DNA of 64,000 nucleotides from Eledone cirrhosa (taxonomy: Eukaryota). The notes below the pieces were generated by a model. The model was given only the letters and a program-made list of their open reading frames with translations, was not told the DNA's origin and ran no database searches. Location of the stretch: assembly GCA_964016885.1 (NCBI GenBank), contig CAXHJY010001592.1, forward strand, positions 8,071 through 72,070. Direction: 5' to 3'. The translations under genes and the position numbers were made by a program. This document shows positions 12,306 through 29,270 of this stretch, one piece after another (the first letter of the stretch is position 1; the number at the start of each line of letters is the position of its first letter).

Positions 12306-12536
12306 TTAACCCTTTAGTATTTACATTACGTTATATATATACTATTATATTATTGTGTTAAAGGCTTTATCTCACGTAATTATTCCGCATAATATAGAAT
12401 CTATGGGATTTTGATATTATTTATTTTGAGAACAATACATTTACATCAGTATGAGTCACTAGTTATGACCTGTTTGAATAGAAAGAGGTGAGAAAATTCT
12501 GGTCGGATATCGACTGTTTAAATGCTAAAGGGTTAA
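12306..12536. mobile_element. piggyBac-type MITE with TTAA target duplication
   Basis: TTAA-ccctttagtattta ... taaatgctaaaggg-TTAA. Confidence 0.8.
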
Positions 12537-12854
12537 GTTAATGTTAACCGTGGTGTTTAATTTGAACTCTGAAGATCCTTACACAATTTGTTTAAACCTT
12601 TCCATCGCGTGACCGTTCACTATTTGCCCATAGTGAACGAAAGAAAAAAAGAACACAAAACAAAAGACGACGTGATATACAAATTGAAGTTATTATGCTG
12701 ATGCTAAGGAGAAGTGAAAAGGAATTGTTGGTGACATTTTAGACTATATCCTTCTCCGAAGGATGAAAAAAAATGAAGAAAAAATTAAAGATAAGAAAAT
12801 AGAGAAAAAATAGGTTGAGGCAAATTGTCATGTGTGTACATAAGGGTCACACAC

Positions 12855-12920
<66 letters not shown>

Positions 12921-13186
12921 CTATTTTTATACCCGTTGAGTGGGTTATGAATTTCGTATTTTTACTAACCTAAAGTACGTTTTTGACCATGAGAAATAGT
13001 CCAAGTTCAGCATATAAACTCCTGGAAACAGAAAATAATTATGGAAACGTGTGCTGGAAATAAAATGATGTATATATACACACACACATACATACACACA
13101 CACATGCACACCCACCCACACACAAACACACACACGTGTTTGTGTGTATATATATATATATATGTATGCATATATATATGTATATA

Positions 13187-13251
<65 letters not shown>

Positions 13252-13385
13252 GTATATGTATGAATGTATGTATATATGTATGTATATATATATTTATGTG
13301 TATATATATGTATGTATATATACATGTATGTATATATATATATATACACATATATACATACACATATATATACACACACACAAAC

Positions 13386-13416
<31 letters not shown>

Positions 13417-13934
13417 TATATATACACATATATACATACACACATATATATACACACACATATATATATACACACATATATATATACATACATGTATATA
13501 TACATACATATATATATACACATAAATATATATATACATACATATATATATACATTCATATATATGTATATATATATATATATATACACTTATATACATA
13601 CTACATCCTTATTTCAATATAAATGTCAGGCATGAACAAATGAAGCCATTGTTATTCAGATACAGTAATAAATTCTTATATCGCTGTTGTTATTGCTGCA
13701 GTTGGCGTCGGCATTGTCGTTTCTGGTGTTGTTATTATTGTTGTTATTGTTGTTGTTATGATATGTCATCACCCCAAACTCTCTCCCCAACCCTTCCCCC
13801 TCAACCCAGGATGCCAGTAATGTGTCGACATTTTTACAACTGCCGTTAAAGGGTATCTCCCAGACTCTATGTGAAATATTCGAAATATCGCACCAACTGC
13901 TCGTACAGAGAGAGAGAGAGAGAGACAGAGAAAT

Positions 13935-13967
<33 letters not shown>

Positions 13968-14246
13968 GAGAAAGGGGTTGAGATACAGAGAGAAAGGGGT
14001 TGAGATAGAGAGAGGGAGGTATGATGATGATGATGTTGTTGTGAGAGATAGAAAGAGAGGGAGACCGGGTGTGTGAGAGAGAAATGCACTGATTCGAATC
14101 CACAGAAACGCGGGCGGTGCGTGCAAAAAGAGATATATACACATATAAGCATATTATCTCTGTCCGCTCACTCCCCCACTCTCTCTCTGAATATATATAT
14201 ATATATATATATATAATAAATGTAATCTGAGTTTTTCGAATATTAA

Positions 14247-14437
14247 TAATTGTTTCTACTTTTGGCACAACGCCAGCAATTACCCGGTACTTTACTGGTA
14301 CTTTATTTTATCGACCCCGTAAGGATGAAAAGCAAAGTTAACCTTGGCGGGATTTGAACTCAGACCATAAAGGGCCGTAACTCTTTGCTGCAAAGCATGG
14401 CGTCCGGGCCTCTACCGATACTGCTAATTCACCGCCC
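14247..14437 (-). mobile_element. tRNA/Nin-domain SINE
   Basis: Matches the SINE consensus. Confidence 0.9.
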
Positions 14438-14566
14438 TTATAATAATATTCTCAGATGAATAAACTCAGATTACATATATTGTATTCAGCCATGTAGAGT
14501 GGAAATTTATATATATGTATATATATATGTAAACGGTAAACAGAAATAACAGCACAAACGGTACAG

Positions 14567-14608
<42 letters not shown>

Positions 14609-15065
14609 TGTATACATACATACATACGCGCACACGTGAAATATTAATTAATCAGAGAGTGGCGTTTGCGTTACAATATTCAATTAACGTAAGTATAAGC
14701 CAAATTAAACACTCCACTACTAACTAACAGATCCAATAGTATTGTATGGTATGGTTCCGTAACACCTGATAGAGTCGAGGGGCGCCGTACGGTGTTTCTT
14801 GGGCAATTCAAAAATGGCGGATCCCTTCCTTTTCCAGGAATGACTACAGCAGATTTCTTCTAGAGAAATATAGAAATTGAGAGAGTGTAATTGAGAAAGA
14901 GATACAGAGGAAGAATCAACTCCAGTACTAGACTGTAACTTTATTTATTGACCTAGAATGGATGAAAGGCAAAGTTGACCTCGGCGGGACTTGAACTCAG
15001 AAAGCTGAAACGGACACAGCAAAGCATTCTATCCGACGTTTTACGCTTGATATAGTAGGAAATGA

Positions 15066-15102
15066 GTCTTAACGTTTGGGAAGCTTGTCCTTCATCAGAA
15101 AA
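15066..15102 (-). ncRNA. Degenerate minimal hammerhead (same family as 59984-60022)
   Basis: Minus strand reads tttt-CTGATGA-aggacaagcttcc-cAAA-cg-TT-aagactc; the G of GAAA is mutated. Confidence 0.4.
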
Positions 15103-15304
15103 TAGAATGGAAAATTAAAGAGGAAATAGAAAGACAGAGGAGAGTGGGTAGTGGGAGAAACGAAAAAAAAAAGTTCTATTCAAGTCGCCATCTCTTGGAA
15201 AGCTGTTGATCTGGCATTGTTGTATAAGAAAATTTGTTGGTCCTGTAGTGTTCAGAGGAGAGAGAGAAAGAGAGATTGAGATAGATAGATAGATAGATAG
15301 ATAA

Positions 15305-15385
<81 letters not shown>

Positions 15386-15672
15386 TGAAGCAACAAAGCA
15401 ACAAAGATATGGACAGATTGAAATGAAAGAGAGAAACCTATTTTAGTGACCGACATTTGGAAGAGAGAGAGACTGATAAATAACAGATTGACAGATGGAG
15501 AAATAGAGAAAGAGAGAGAGACAGAGCGAGGGGTGTAGAGATTTGGATATATTAAAATAAACCAGTAAAAAAAAACAAAAAAAAACAAGAGGGACCTAGT
15601 TTAATGGCCGACATTTTGAAAGTAGTGATGTGAGTGTGACGTAACAATGGAGATTAGTAGACTAATATGAAA

Positions 15673-16555
15673 TAATTGTTTCTACATTTGGCACAAGGCC
15701 AGCAATTACCCAGTGCATTACTGGTACTTTATTTTATCGACCCCGTAAGGATGAAAGGCAAAGTTAACCTCAGCGGGATTTGAACTCATAATGGCAAGGA
15801 CCGTAACTCTATACGTCAAAGCATGGCGTCAGACCCTCTACCGATACTGCCAATCCACCGCCCTTCTAATATGAAATAATTGTTTCTACTTTTGGCACAA
15901 GGCCAGCAATTACCCAGTGCATTACTGGTATTTTATTTTATCGACCCCGTAAGGATGAAAGGCAAAATCAACCTCGGTGGGATTTGAACTCAGATCGTAA
16001 AGGGACGTAACTATGCTGGAAAGCATGGCGTCCGACCCCCTACCGATACTGCCAATCACCTCGATGAAATAATTGTTTGTACGTTAGGCACAAGGCCAGC
16101 AATTACCCAGTGTGATTAGTTGTATAGTACAGTTGTACAGCTGTAATTAACTCCCTTTTTTACACAGCTCATCACACATACCTTTATTATTGTGAGGGCG
16201 GTGGATTGGCAGTATCGGTAGAGGGTCTGACGCAATGCTTTACAGCATAGAGTTACAACTCTTTATGATATGAGTTCAAATCCTGCTGAGGTTAACTTTA
16301 CCTTTCATCCTTACGGGGGTCAATAAAATAAAGTACCAGTTACGTACTGAGGCTGATTCAATCGACTTTCCCTTCCCCCAAAATTGCTGGCCTTGTGCCT
16401 ATATAAGAAATCATTATTATAAGGGCGGGGGATTGGCAGAATCGGTAGAGGATCGGACACCATGATTAGCAGCATAGAGTTACGGCCCTTTACTGTCCGA
16501 GTTTAAATCCCGCCGGTGTCGATAAAATAAAGTACCAGTAATGTACTGAAGTCGA
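15673..16555. mobile_element. Cluster of tRNA/Nin-domain SINEs (minus: 15673-15863, 15877-16057, partial 16070-16111; plus: 16195-16420, 16422-16555)
   Basis: Repeated SINE consensus; duplicated flank ctaatatgaaataatt at ~15662 and ~15866. Confidence 0.9.
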
Positions 16556-16574
16556 TATATTCTATATTCCCTCT

Positions 16575-17130
16575 TTCTTTCTTTCTTTCTTCTCCGCTTA
16601 TTTATTCCTGAGAGGGTCGTGAGGACAAAGTCCTCAAACACTCCCTGCAGTGGGTCCTGTAAGAAGCAACCGTCTCCATCTAATCTGGCTGGGTCCTCAA
16701 GTATGACCAGTCAAGCTCATGGATGTTAGCCAACTATCTTGTTCGGGTTCTACCTCTGGGTTTCCTATAAAATCTGTCCAGCAATATATGTTGTTATCCA
16801 AAGGAAAGACAGTGTCAGCTTGGCACCAGTGTCATCTCTATATACACTTATTTGCCCACTTATTCCTGAGAGAGTTGTGGGGACAGAGTCCTCAAACACT
16901 CCTTCCAGTGGGTCCTGTCAGAAGCAACCATATCCAGCTGATCCGGCTGGATCCCCAAGCGAGACCAGCTAAGCTCATGGATGTTATCCAACCATCTGGG
17001 TCTCCTGCCGGTTAGATTTGCTCGTAAAATCTGTCCAACGATTCTTTCCTGAGACATTCTAACCACATGCCCATAGATTGGAGCTGTGATCTCTCCCCAT
17101 AAATTGCTGACCTTCTGCTTCATTACAATT
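16575..17130 (-). mobile_element. RTE-clade LINE 3' end with a duplicated terminal segment
   Basis: YGHVVRMSQERIVGQILRA...GRRPRWLDNI...W..LGI...DRTHW. 16600-16780 repeats 16860-17040. (GAAA)n tail. Confidence 0.8.
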
Positions 17131-17339
17131 AAATAAAGATACTATTACAATATCGTCACTTCCGCTTCAGATGCCAACCGCTCATCACATCCGTCGTCCT
17201 TGTCGCCTTTACAACGATATCACCGCCATCTTTTTAATCGACCTCTCAACCAACTGTTTTTTTTGTCATTGGTTTGGCTTTGTTGTTTCTTTTTATTTAT
17301 TCTCTCGTGTCTTGCTGTCCTCATTCTTGTCGACGTCAT

Positions 17340-17650
17340 CGTGGTCATGGTCCTCCTCCTCCTTATCATCATCATCATCATCACCAACGCCACCGCCGCC
17401 AGCGCCACCACCACCATTATCACTACAATCACCACAATCACCACCACCATCACTACCATCACCACTACCACCACCACCAATAGCATCACCACCACCACCA
17501 CCACCACGACCACTAACAAGGGAATCCTCTTAACTCGATCTGCCAGAAATAACAACGAAATCTCTCTTAAAATAACTTTCTCAGCTGACCGAGGCTAATC
17601 ATCACCGCCACCACCACCACCACCATTAATAGCAACAACAACAACAACAA
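17340..17650. repeat. (CAC/CAT/CAA)n trinucleotide low-complexity tract
   Basis: Direct inspection. Confidence 0.9.
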
Positions 17651-18039
17651 AGAAACCAACCAACTGCCTAGCCTGGCCTGGTGTCAGCCAAACTGAGAAA
17701 TCCTGGTTATCTATCGTTAGTGGTGGTCATGTTTGTACTTGTAGTTCCATTGCTGGCGCCATCAAACCATTTCCTTGATGTGGAAGTTTCATAAAAGTTC
17801 AAAGGAAGCTACAGATACTTGCTACCATATAAGGTCTCGGTAATTCTGAAAAAACATCAAAGGGGAATCCTTCCTTCTTTTTGTCTCCCTCTCTCTCTCC
17901 CCCTCTCTCGCTATATATCCAACCATATATGTATCTATATATTTGTCTGTCATCCTGTCTATGTATGTATGTATGTATGTATGTATGTATGTATGTATGT
18001 ATGTATGTATGTATGTATGTATGTATGTATGTATGTATG

Positions 18040-18092
<53 letters not shown>

Positions 18093-18144
18093 GTATATAT
18101 GTATGTATATATATATGTATGTATATATATATGTATGTATGTAT

Positions 18145-19143
18145 GTTTTCTCTTTCTCTTAATTTCGAGTATATTTTTTTTGACCGGCCACCTTCCTGGT
18201 GGCAAGGTTGTAAAAGAAAAGAAATTGTCATCCCTTGAATCGCAATAATGTTTTGCATATTTTGAAGGTGCCAGCTATCGCAGCCATTTGTAGACTATGA
18301 ATTAGGGAGCTGCGCTTTTTGTCCGCAAATCCAAGTTCGGTCATACTTTGGTCCAAGCGGGTTGGTATATAACCCGTAGCACCAATAATGATGGGTATGA
18401 AGCTAAAGGTGTATCTTGGATACTGGATTTGTAAGCTCCTCATCAATGGTCCGTAGATGTCCTCCTTCTCCTGTATTTTTCTGACAACGTTTACATCAAG
18501 TGGGCAGCTTATCTCCACAACAGAACACGTTTTCAATGTGTGGTCCCAAACTACAATATCAGGCCGGTTGTGCTTTAATTTGGTGGCAGTTTTTATTTTC
18601 AGGTTCCACCAGTATTCCTTAGTGCCATCTGTCTCAATATATTCTTCCTCGTTTGTTGTTAATTTTGTTTTCCGAAGTGCGTTCCAGATAGTTCTAGCTA
18701 TCCCATCGTGTCTCATGGGGAGGTAGTAGCGAGATGACATTCTTTCGCAGCTGGCAACAATGTGGCTTACATCCTCGATCTTTGTTTTACATAGCCTACA
18801 TTTATTGTCAGCTGCTGGCCCTCCTCTTTTGTGCAGCAGATATTTGGTAGGGAGTTCTTGTTCCTGTATTGCATAGAGATATCCCTCAAGGTGTGATGTC
18901 ATAAACTTGTCGGAACTCCATGCCAGGCTTTTTGAGTGGTTTATCCCCTCTATGGTCTGTGTTTTACGCCTCAAGTATCCATGCACAACTTTCTCTGTAA
19001 ATTGGTCAATTTTTTTTTCTTGTTTGAACATTGAATAGGATCTTCCGATTTCTCTGGGTGAGAGATTTATATCAGGCTTTATTCCATATCTCTCCTCCAG
19101 ATCAGTCGCTATTCTAATGATATTTCTTTTTTCATGCTCATAA
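18145..19143 (-). mobile_element. 5'-truncated non-LTR retrotransposon with restriction-like endonuclease (R4/Dong-type), inside (TATG)n
   Basis: Open frame to stop at 18228: CRLC...EDVSHIVASC zinc knuckle, RHD, KHNRPDIVVWD...VVEISCP...KEDIY (PD..E/D-xK type RLE). (TATG)n on both sides. Confidence 0.9.
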
Positions 19144-19302
19144 TGTATGTATGTATGTATGTATGTATGTATGTATGTATGTATGTATGTATGTATGTAT
19201 GTATGTATGTATGTATGCATGTATGTATGTATGTATGTATGTATGTATGTATGTATGTATGTATGCATATATGTATGTATGTATGTATATATGTATGTAT
19301 AT

Positions 19303-19711
19303 GGGAGAGATGACCCCTTAGCCTTTGTCAAGGCAGAATTCTAGGAGAAGGAAAACTCTGATATAGCACCTGCAACCCTGATGGTATCCAATGATGTTGA
19401 CTTGTTCTTCTTTTTGGTAAATATCATCTTGGTTAAGAGAGTGGGACTGGCTTTGTGCAGTGCCTTTGCTCACTATAAAAGCTTCACGGCACAAGCATTG
19501 CTTTATATCTGGAGATCTCTCTGCACTTGTCGTCACATGGTCCCATGGGCCCAGCACTAAGTGTCAATAATTGTCACAAGTGTAGTGTTTGTACCAGAGT
19601 TTTCAAGTCGCTGGCTGGACTAAAAAGTCACACTCGTTCAGCGCATCGGTAGGGGTTCTCCTACATGGATATAAAGTAGTGGCCGTACTCGAAAACGAGT
19701 TGGCAGCCACG
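19303..19711 (+). mobile_element. Non-autonomous bipartite RTE-derived element, 5'-truncated copy
   Basis: RTE 5'-UTR-like motif tctaggagaaggaaaactctga joined to a 3' end encoding [24 protein letters not shown]; hairpin actcg-aaaa-cgagt; (ATGT)n tail. Confidence 0.75.
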
Positions 19712-19778
19712 ATGTATGTATGTATGTATGTATGTATGTATGTATGTATGTATGTATGTATGTATGTATGTATGTATG

Positions 19779-20385
19779 TCAGGTCACCAGTTGGTGCTAC
19801 TGGTAACATGTATGCCAGTACAACCCGTCTCATGGTCGGGTCGTTGGCGACTAAACTGGCAACCCCACCAATGTTTCTTGGTGAGGAGGGTGACTTTCGA
19901 CACCCTGCAGGACTAAAAACAAAACCTGTCAAAGGGCAAAGGAGCTCTTAAGAGTCAATGGCCATCCAAAATCACCGGGAGAGATGACCCCTTAGCCTTT
20001 GTCAAGGCAGAATTCTAGGAGAAGGAAAACTCTGATATAACAGCTGCAACTCTGATGGTATCCAATGATGTTGACTTGTTCTTCTTTTTGGTAAATATCA
20101 TCTTGGTTAAGAGAGTGGGACTGGCTTTGTGCAGTGCCTTTGCTCACTATAAAAGCTTCACGGCACAAGCATTGCTTTGTGTCTGGAGATCTCTCTGCAC
20201 TTGTCGTCACATGGTACCATGGTCCCAGCACTATGTGTCAATAATTGTCATAAGTGTAGTGTTTGTACCAGAGTTTTCAAGTCGCTGGCTGGACTAAAAA
20301 GTCACACTCGTTCAGCGCATCGGTAGGAATTCTCCCACATGGATATAAAGTAGTGGCCGTACTCGAAAACGAGTTGGCAGCCACC
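19779..20385 (+). mobile_element. Non-autonomous bipartite RTE-derived element, longest copy (~600 bp)
   Basis: Same sequence as 19303-19711 plus ~200 bp more at the 5' end; no RT or APE coding region between the two halves. Confidence 0.75.
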
Positions 20386-20595
20386 ATATATATATGTATA
20401 TATATATGTATATATGTGTGTATGTGTATGTATATATGTATATATGTATTTATATATATATGTATATGTATATATATATATGTATATGTGTATGTGTATG
20501 TATGTGTATATATATGTATATGTGTATGTGTGTATAGATGTATGTGTGTATATATGTATATGTATATATGTATATATGTGTATGTGTGTATATAT

Positions 20596-20627
<32 letters not shown>

Positions 20628-21018
20628 GTATATGTATATGTGTATGTATATGTGTATGTATATATGTATGTGTATGTATGTGTATGTGTATGTGTATGTA
20701 TATGTGTATGTATGTATGTGTATATGTATATGTATGTATATGTGTATGTATGTATATGTATATGTATATGTATGTATGTCTATATGTATATATATGTATG
20801 TGTATATGTATGGGTGTATGTATATGTATATGTATGTGTTTGTATGTCTATATGTATATATATGTATATATATGTGTATGTGTATGTATATGTATGTATA
20901 TGAATGTATATGTATATGTATATGTGTATGTATATATATATATGTATATGTGTGTATATGTATGTATATGTATGTATATATGTGTGTATGTATATATATA
21001 TATATGTATGTATATATA

Positions 21019-21410
21019 TCAAAGGGCAAAGGAGCTCTTAAGAGTCAATGGCCATCCAAAATCACCGGGAGAGATGACCCCTTAGCCTTTGTCAAGGCAG
21101 AATTCTAGGAGAAGGAAAACTCTGATATAGCACCTGCAACCCTGATGGTATCCAATGATGTTGACTTGTTCTTCTTTTTGGTAAATATCACCTTGGTTAA
21201 GAGAGTGGGACTGGCTTTGTGCTGTGCCTTTGCTCACTATAAAAGCTTCACAGCACAGGCATTGCTTTATATCTGGAGATCTCTCTGCACTTGTCGTCAC
21301 ATGGTACCATGGGCCCAGCACTATGTGTCAATAATCGTCACAAGTGTAGTGTTTGTACGAGAGTTTTCAAGTCGCTGGCTGGACTAAAAAGTCACACTCG
21401 TTCAGCGCAT
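21019..21410 (+). mobile_element. Non-autonomous bipartite RTE-derived element, truncated copy
   Basis: Near-identical to 19930-20320. Confidence 0.75.
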
Positions 21411-21426
21411 ATGTATATATATGCGC

Positions 21427-22420
<994 letters not shown>

Positions 22421-22957
22421 AAAAAAATATATATATATATTTTATGTTTATTTTAACACGTCTGTTGAGAACTCTTATTCGATATGTGATTTTTTGTATT
22501 ACAAAATTTACACTTACTGAATTCTTTCGCCACGTGCGTCCAGTAACAGGTCCCCCTGTATTCTTGAACGAAACATCCGTTGAGAAAGCACGTTCCACGT
22601 TCATCTTTACTAGAAGTCAGATATTTTTTTTATGTGGGCTGACAGTAATTGATTAAGGAACTGCAGAAACCCAAAAAGCTAGAATTTAACATCCTTCTAG
22701 CGGGTCCAGGTGAGTTTTTTACATTCATTTAATCTATTAATTTATTAATTTTTTATTTGAATGACCCGAATTTTCCTGGTCGTTTTTTTTCGGTTGTGCG
22801 ATTGATTCTAAGCATCGTCTTTATGTGTTGGTATTTTAACGATAGTTATAGCTCTGGTTCATCCAAACTATTGAGCCCTCTGCTACACATGTCGAAGTTT
22901 GTTTATCGTTATTTCGTGGGCCGAAATTCTGATTCTCGATTATTTACTTATATATAT

Positions 22958-24640
<1,683 letters not shown>

Positions 24641-24661
24641 TAAATAATAATTTTTTTCTGT

Positions 24662-25332
24662 ATACGAGAATAAATCCAGGATGCAGTTGCAGGAAGCCGG
24701 ATGAATGCCCATTGCAGGGTAAATGTAACACCAAATCTGTTGTTTATGAGGCTAAGATAACACCGGTAATCAACAACCAGCCAGCCAGGAGTGAGCGATA
24801 TGTCGGTATGACCCAGGACAGGTTTAAAACCAGATTTTACTCACATGTCGCTTCTTTTAAGCACTCCGATAAACGAACATCAACACCCCTCGCAAGTAAG
24901 GTGTGGGAACTCAAGGATAGTAACATCCCGTACTCTATTGATTGGTCTATATTAGACCATTCGAGCGAGTACCAAAGGGGCACGAAGAATTGTTCTTTGT
25001 GTACCACAGAAAAGTATAGGATTTTGCTAAAATTGAGAGCCACTTCCGCTTGCCTTAACTCAAAGACTGAGATCTTCAGTTGCTGTCCTCATCTGAAATC
25101 GCATCTGATCTGTAACTGGATTGACACTCCTATGATAAATCAACCGCCTTGAACTCCTTCTCTGCTCTTTACTTCTGGTACGGTTTTTATTTTGCTGAAT
25201 CTACGTTCTGTACTCTTGTATATATATTTTTTTCTCCCTTACCTCCCCTTATATTTCACCTTTTCCTATGTCCCCCCCCCCCATATATTCTTTTTGCCTT
25301 GCCCTTCACATACCTATGTGTATGTGTATGTG

Positions 25333-25429
<97 letters not shown>

Positions 25430-25647
25430 TTGTGTGTGTATATGTATGTATATGAGGATAGACCAGGTATTTTCATTCTGAAGATTGAAGGAAAAACTTT
25501 TTGCTTTTAATAAACCACTGGTGAATGGAATAATTGCTTTATGTTGCTTATTACTTTATTACCTTACTACTATATATATGTAAGGTTCATATGAATTATC
25601 TAAGACTGAGTTTTACACACACACACATGTATATGTGTATGTATGTG

Positions 25648-25712
<65 letters not shown>

Positions 25713-26141
25713 ATGTGTGTGTGTTTGTATTTGGTTGTGCGTGTTTATGATATGTACGTATTTGTATGTGTATAATTGTATAGCTATGTACGTATATGTG
25801 TGTGTGTATGTATACATATATGTGTGTGTGTGTATTTTTATATTTATGTATATATATATATATATGTATGTGTATATAATTACATATACATATGTGTGTG
25901 TGTATGTGTGTGTATATGTGTGTGTATATGTGTGTATATATAATTGTATACGTGTGCGTGTGCGTGTTTGTGCATGTATTTGTGTATGTGTATGTATGTG
26001 TTTATGTATTTGTATATGTATATTTATGTGCGAGAGTGTGTGTATGTATTTACTATTTCGTACGTATGTATACGTGCATTTGTGTGTATTACTTACCACG
26101 CGTGTCTGTCCAGTTACCTGCAGTTTGAATCGCTGTCAAAA

Positions 26142-26147
<6 letters not shown>
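24662..26147 (+). mobile_element. Inverted duplicate of the PLE 3' portion (GIY-YIG ORF 24712-25152 + tail)
   Basis: Reverse complement of 22958-24407 with few substitutions; degenerate HHR at ~25473-25530 (TAAA instead of GAAA). Confidence 0.9.
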
Positions 26148-26223
<76 letters not shown>

Positions 26224-27434
26224 AAAGTTATATGTAAATTGTTGGGTTACAACTAGTAAATATTTATAACTGATATAAAAGCACTCAACAAGTATTTGGA
26301 GTATATTTACGATATTAAATAAATGGTTTTTATTTTTAATATGTAATATCTTTAATATGTAATATTTTTTTAGTTTTCTATTTTATTTATTTGTTTATTA
26401 TATTTATTTTTATTTTTATTATTATTATTATTATTATTTTTTGTTTTTGTTTCTGATATTTTTTTATATTTTTTATTAATATATTGAAATCTGCTCTCTA
26501 TTTCTGCTTGATAGATAATCATGCAGAGTAAAGACAAGAATAGTATTGTTAAAATTAATATAGACTCTATATATATATGTGTATATATACACATATATGT
26601 ATACTTAAATTTTTATAGCACAATGAGAATGTTCTCCGTGTGAAATAGGGGTTTGCAGAGTTGATCACGTAAATTCACATCGATGTTTGTAGTTATCATA
26701 TAAACATATGAATTTTTAAAACTAGACATAAGATCATTACTTTTCACACATTATGGATACGTGTCTCCTTCAGGAATACTGATATTTACATTATAGTGCC
26801 TGGTTTTTATACGAACTAATATTTCTACATTAAAACATAGGGTTTAAATTTTGCCTCGCCTATGTCTGGTTACTTTCATTTTTCTCTCTATATAACGGCT
26901 GGTTTCTTTCCTAACCACATATATCTCCCTTACATTAATACTAGAGCTAAATAAATAAATAAATAAATAAATGTATCATTGATACGTTCATCCAACGGAT
27001 GTCCAACTACCTACTTTTCTCTATATATGTCTATCTCTATCTATTTCCTCTCTCTCTATATATCTCTCTCTGTTTCTTTACATGAAGTTCTTCTCTTTAT
27101 CTATCTTTCCATCTCTCTATTTTGTTGCATGCATTTCTTCTTTTTCTTCTTTTTCTTCGTTTTCTTTCTTTTTCCTTCTTTCTCTCTTTCTTTCTTTCTG
27201 TTTACAATTTTTCACTGCCAAATCAACTTTTTCAAATACAAGTCGATGTTGAACGGTATGTCAAATCTATTTATCTATAAAACTGTCTATATTGTATTTT
27301 GTCTGAGGAAGGCATAACATATTGTTAATATGATATCCCTGAAATATATACAATGAAATAAATATGGTTTTATAAATATAGTTTCCATTTATTTAATATC
27401 GTATATATATATATATATATATTTTTTTTTTCCT

Positions 27435-28138
<704 letters not shown>

Positions 28139-28153
28139 TATATATATATATAT

Positions 28154-28672
28154 AAACGGAAAAAATGAAACGAAATTTCATTTCCCACTCTTAGTACGAC
28201 TGTTACTTAAATATAAGTATGTACACGTACATACATATATGTATACAGACGTACAGTAGTATGTATATATATATACATACATGCACACATATATATATAT
28301 ATGTACGTATGGATTCACCGAACATTTATTATAATGCTCGGTGTGTTTGTAAACAAACATCCCGTATTAAGCCGTAGTATCCAGCAACCATCGTTGCTCG
28401 TTTTTTCAACACTGACAAAGGAACGCTGTACTAGTTTCAAGCTTATTAGCTATCGTCAGCAACGTATACCTTCCTGCCAGATTGTTGAACGTATATACTT
28501 ACCTTATGCATATTAACGGCTGAGTAGCCCAATTTGCATATCGAGTGGGTTAATTAGCCGGGTGCACCGAAAACGATAAACGGAAAAATGAAACGATATT
28601 TCATTTCCCACTCTTAGTACAGCTGTTACTTAAATATAAGTATGTACACGTACATACATATATGTACGTGTA
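28154..28672 (-). mobile_element. ~424-bp HHR-containing tandem unit, ~1.2 copies (retrozyme-like, family 2)
   Basis: Unit start aaacggaaaaatgaaacg recurs at 28154 and 28578. Shares ccaatttgcata, ccgg..ca.cg.aaacgataaa and a hairpin with family 1. Confidence 0.75.
28423..28465 (-). ncRNA. Minimal hammerhead ribozyme, family 2
   Basis: Minus strand reads acgttg-CTGACGA-tagct aata agctt-GAAA-CTAG-TA-cagcgt. Confidence 0.8.
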
Positions 28673-29195
28673 CATATTTCATTGCTGAAATAAATAGCTA
28701 AGTAGCTAAATGATCAAAGGTGGCAGATATCAGAATCGATAGAAAAGATGAGACAAAATGGTTAGCAGTGTTTCGTAACTTATGTTTATGTGCGTGTGTA
28801 TGTGTGTGTGTGTTTTTTTGTGTGTGTGTGTAGGTCTATGTGTGTGCTTGTGTGTGTATGTATGTGTATGTACTTGTGTGTTTGTGTATGTGTGTGTTTT
28901 TGTAGGTCTATGTGTGTGTGCTTGTGTGTGTGTGTTTGTATATGTATGTGTGTGTGTTTGTGTAGGTCTATCACCCATATATATCTATTCACCCATATCC
29001 CTCAATTTTCCCCACCATGAAACACATCTCACCTATGTCTGTAATGTAATATAAACAGTGAAACTATCAGATCTGGGGCAGCTTCACATAAAACGTTAAT
29101 TGAAATCAGACCAATTCATTCTCGATCTTCAATATCTTTGGCTATGGTATGTTAAGTAGGCAATTAGTACATGTGGTATATGTTTATGGTTATCT

Positions 29196-29270
<75 letters not shown>

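Noticed and set aside
17171-17598. Pro/Thr/His-rich ORFs resembling extensin or mucin
   Set aside because: CAC/CAT trinucleotide repeats open in several frames; no splice or homology support.
22440-22930. Unique sequence with a strong donor CAG|GTGAGT at ~22709
   Set aside because: No matching acceptor or recognisable coding frame; cannot be assigned from sequence alone.
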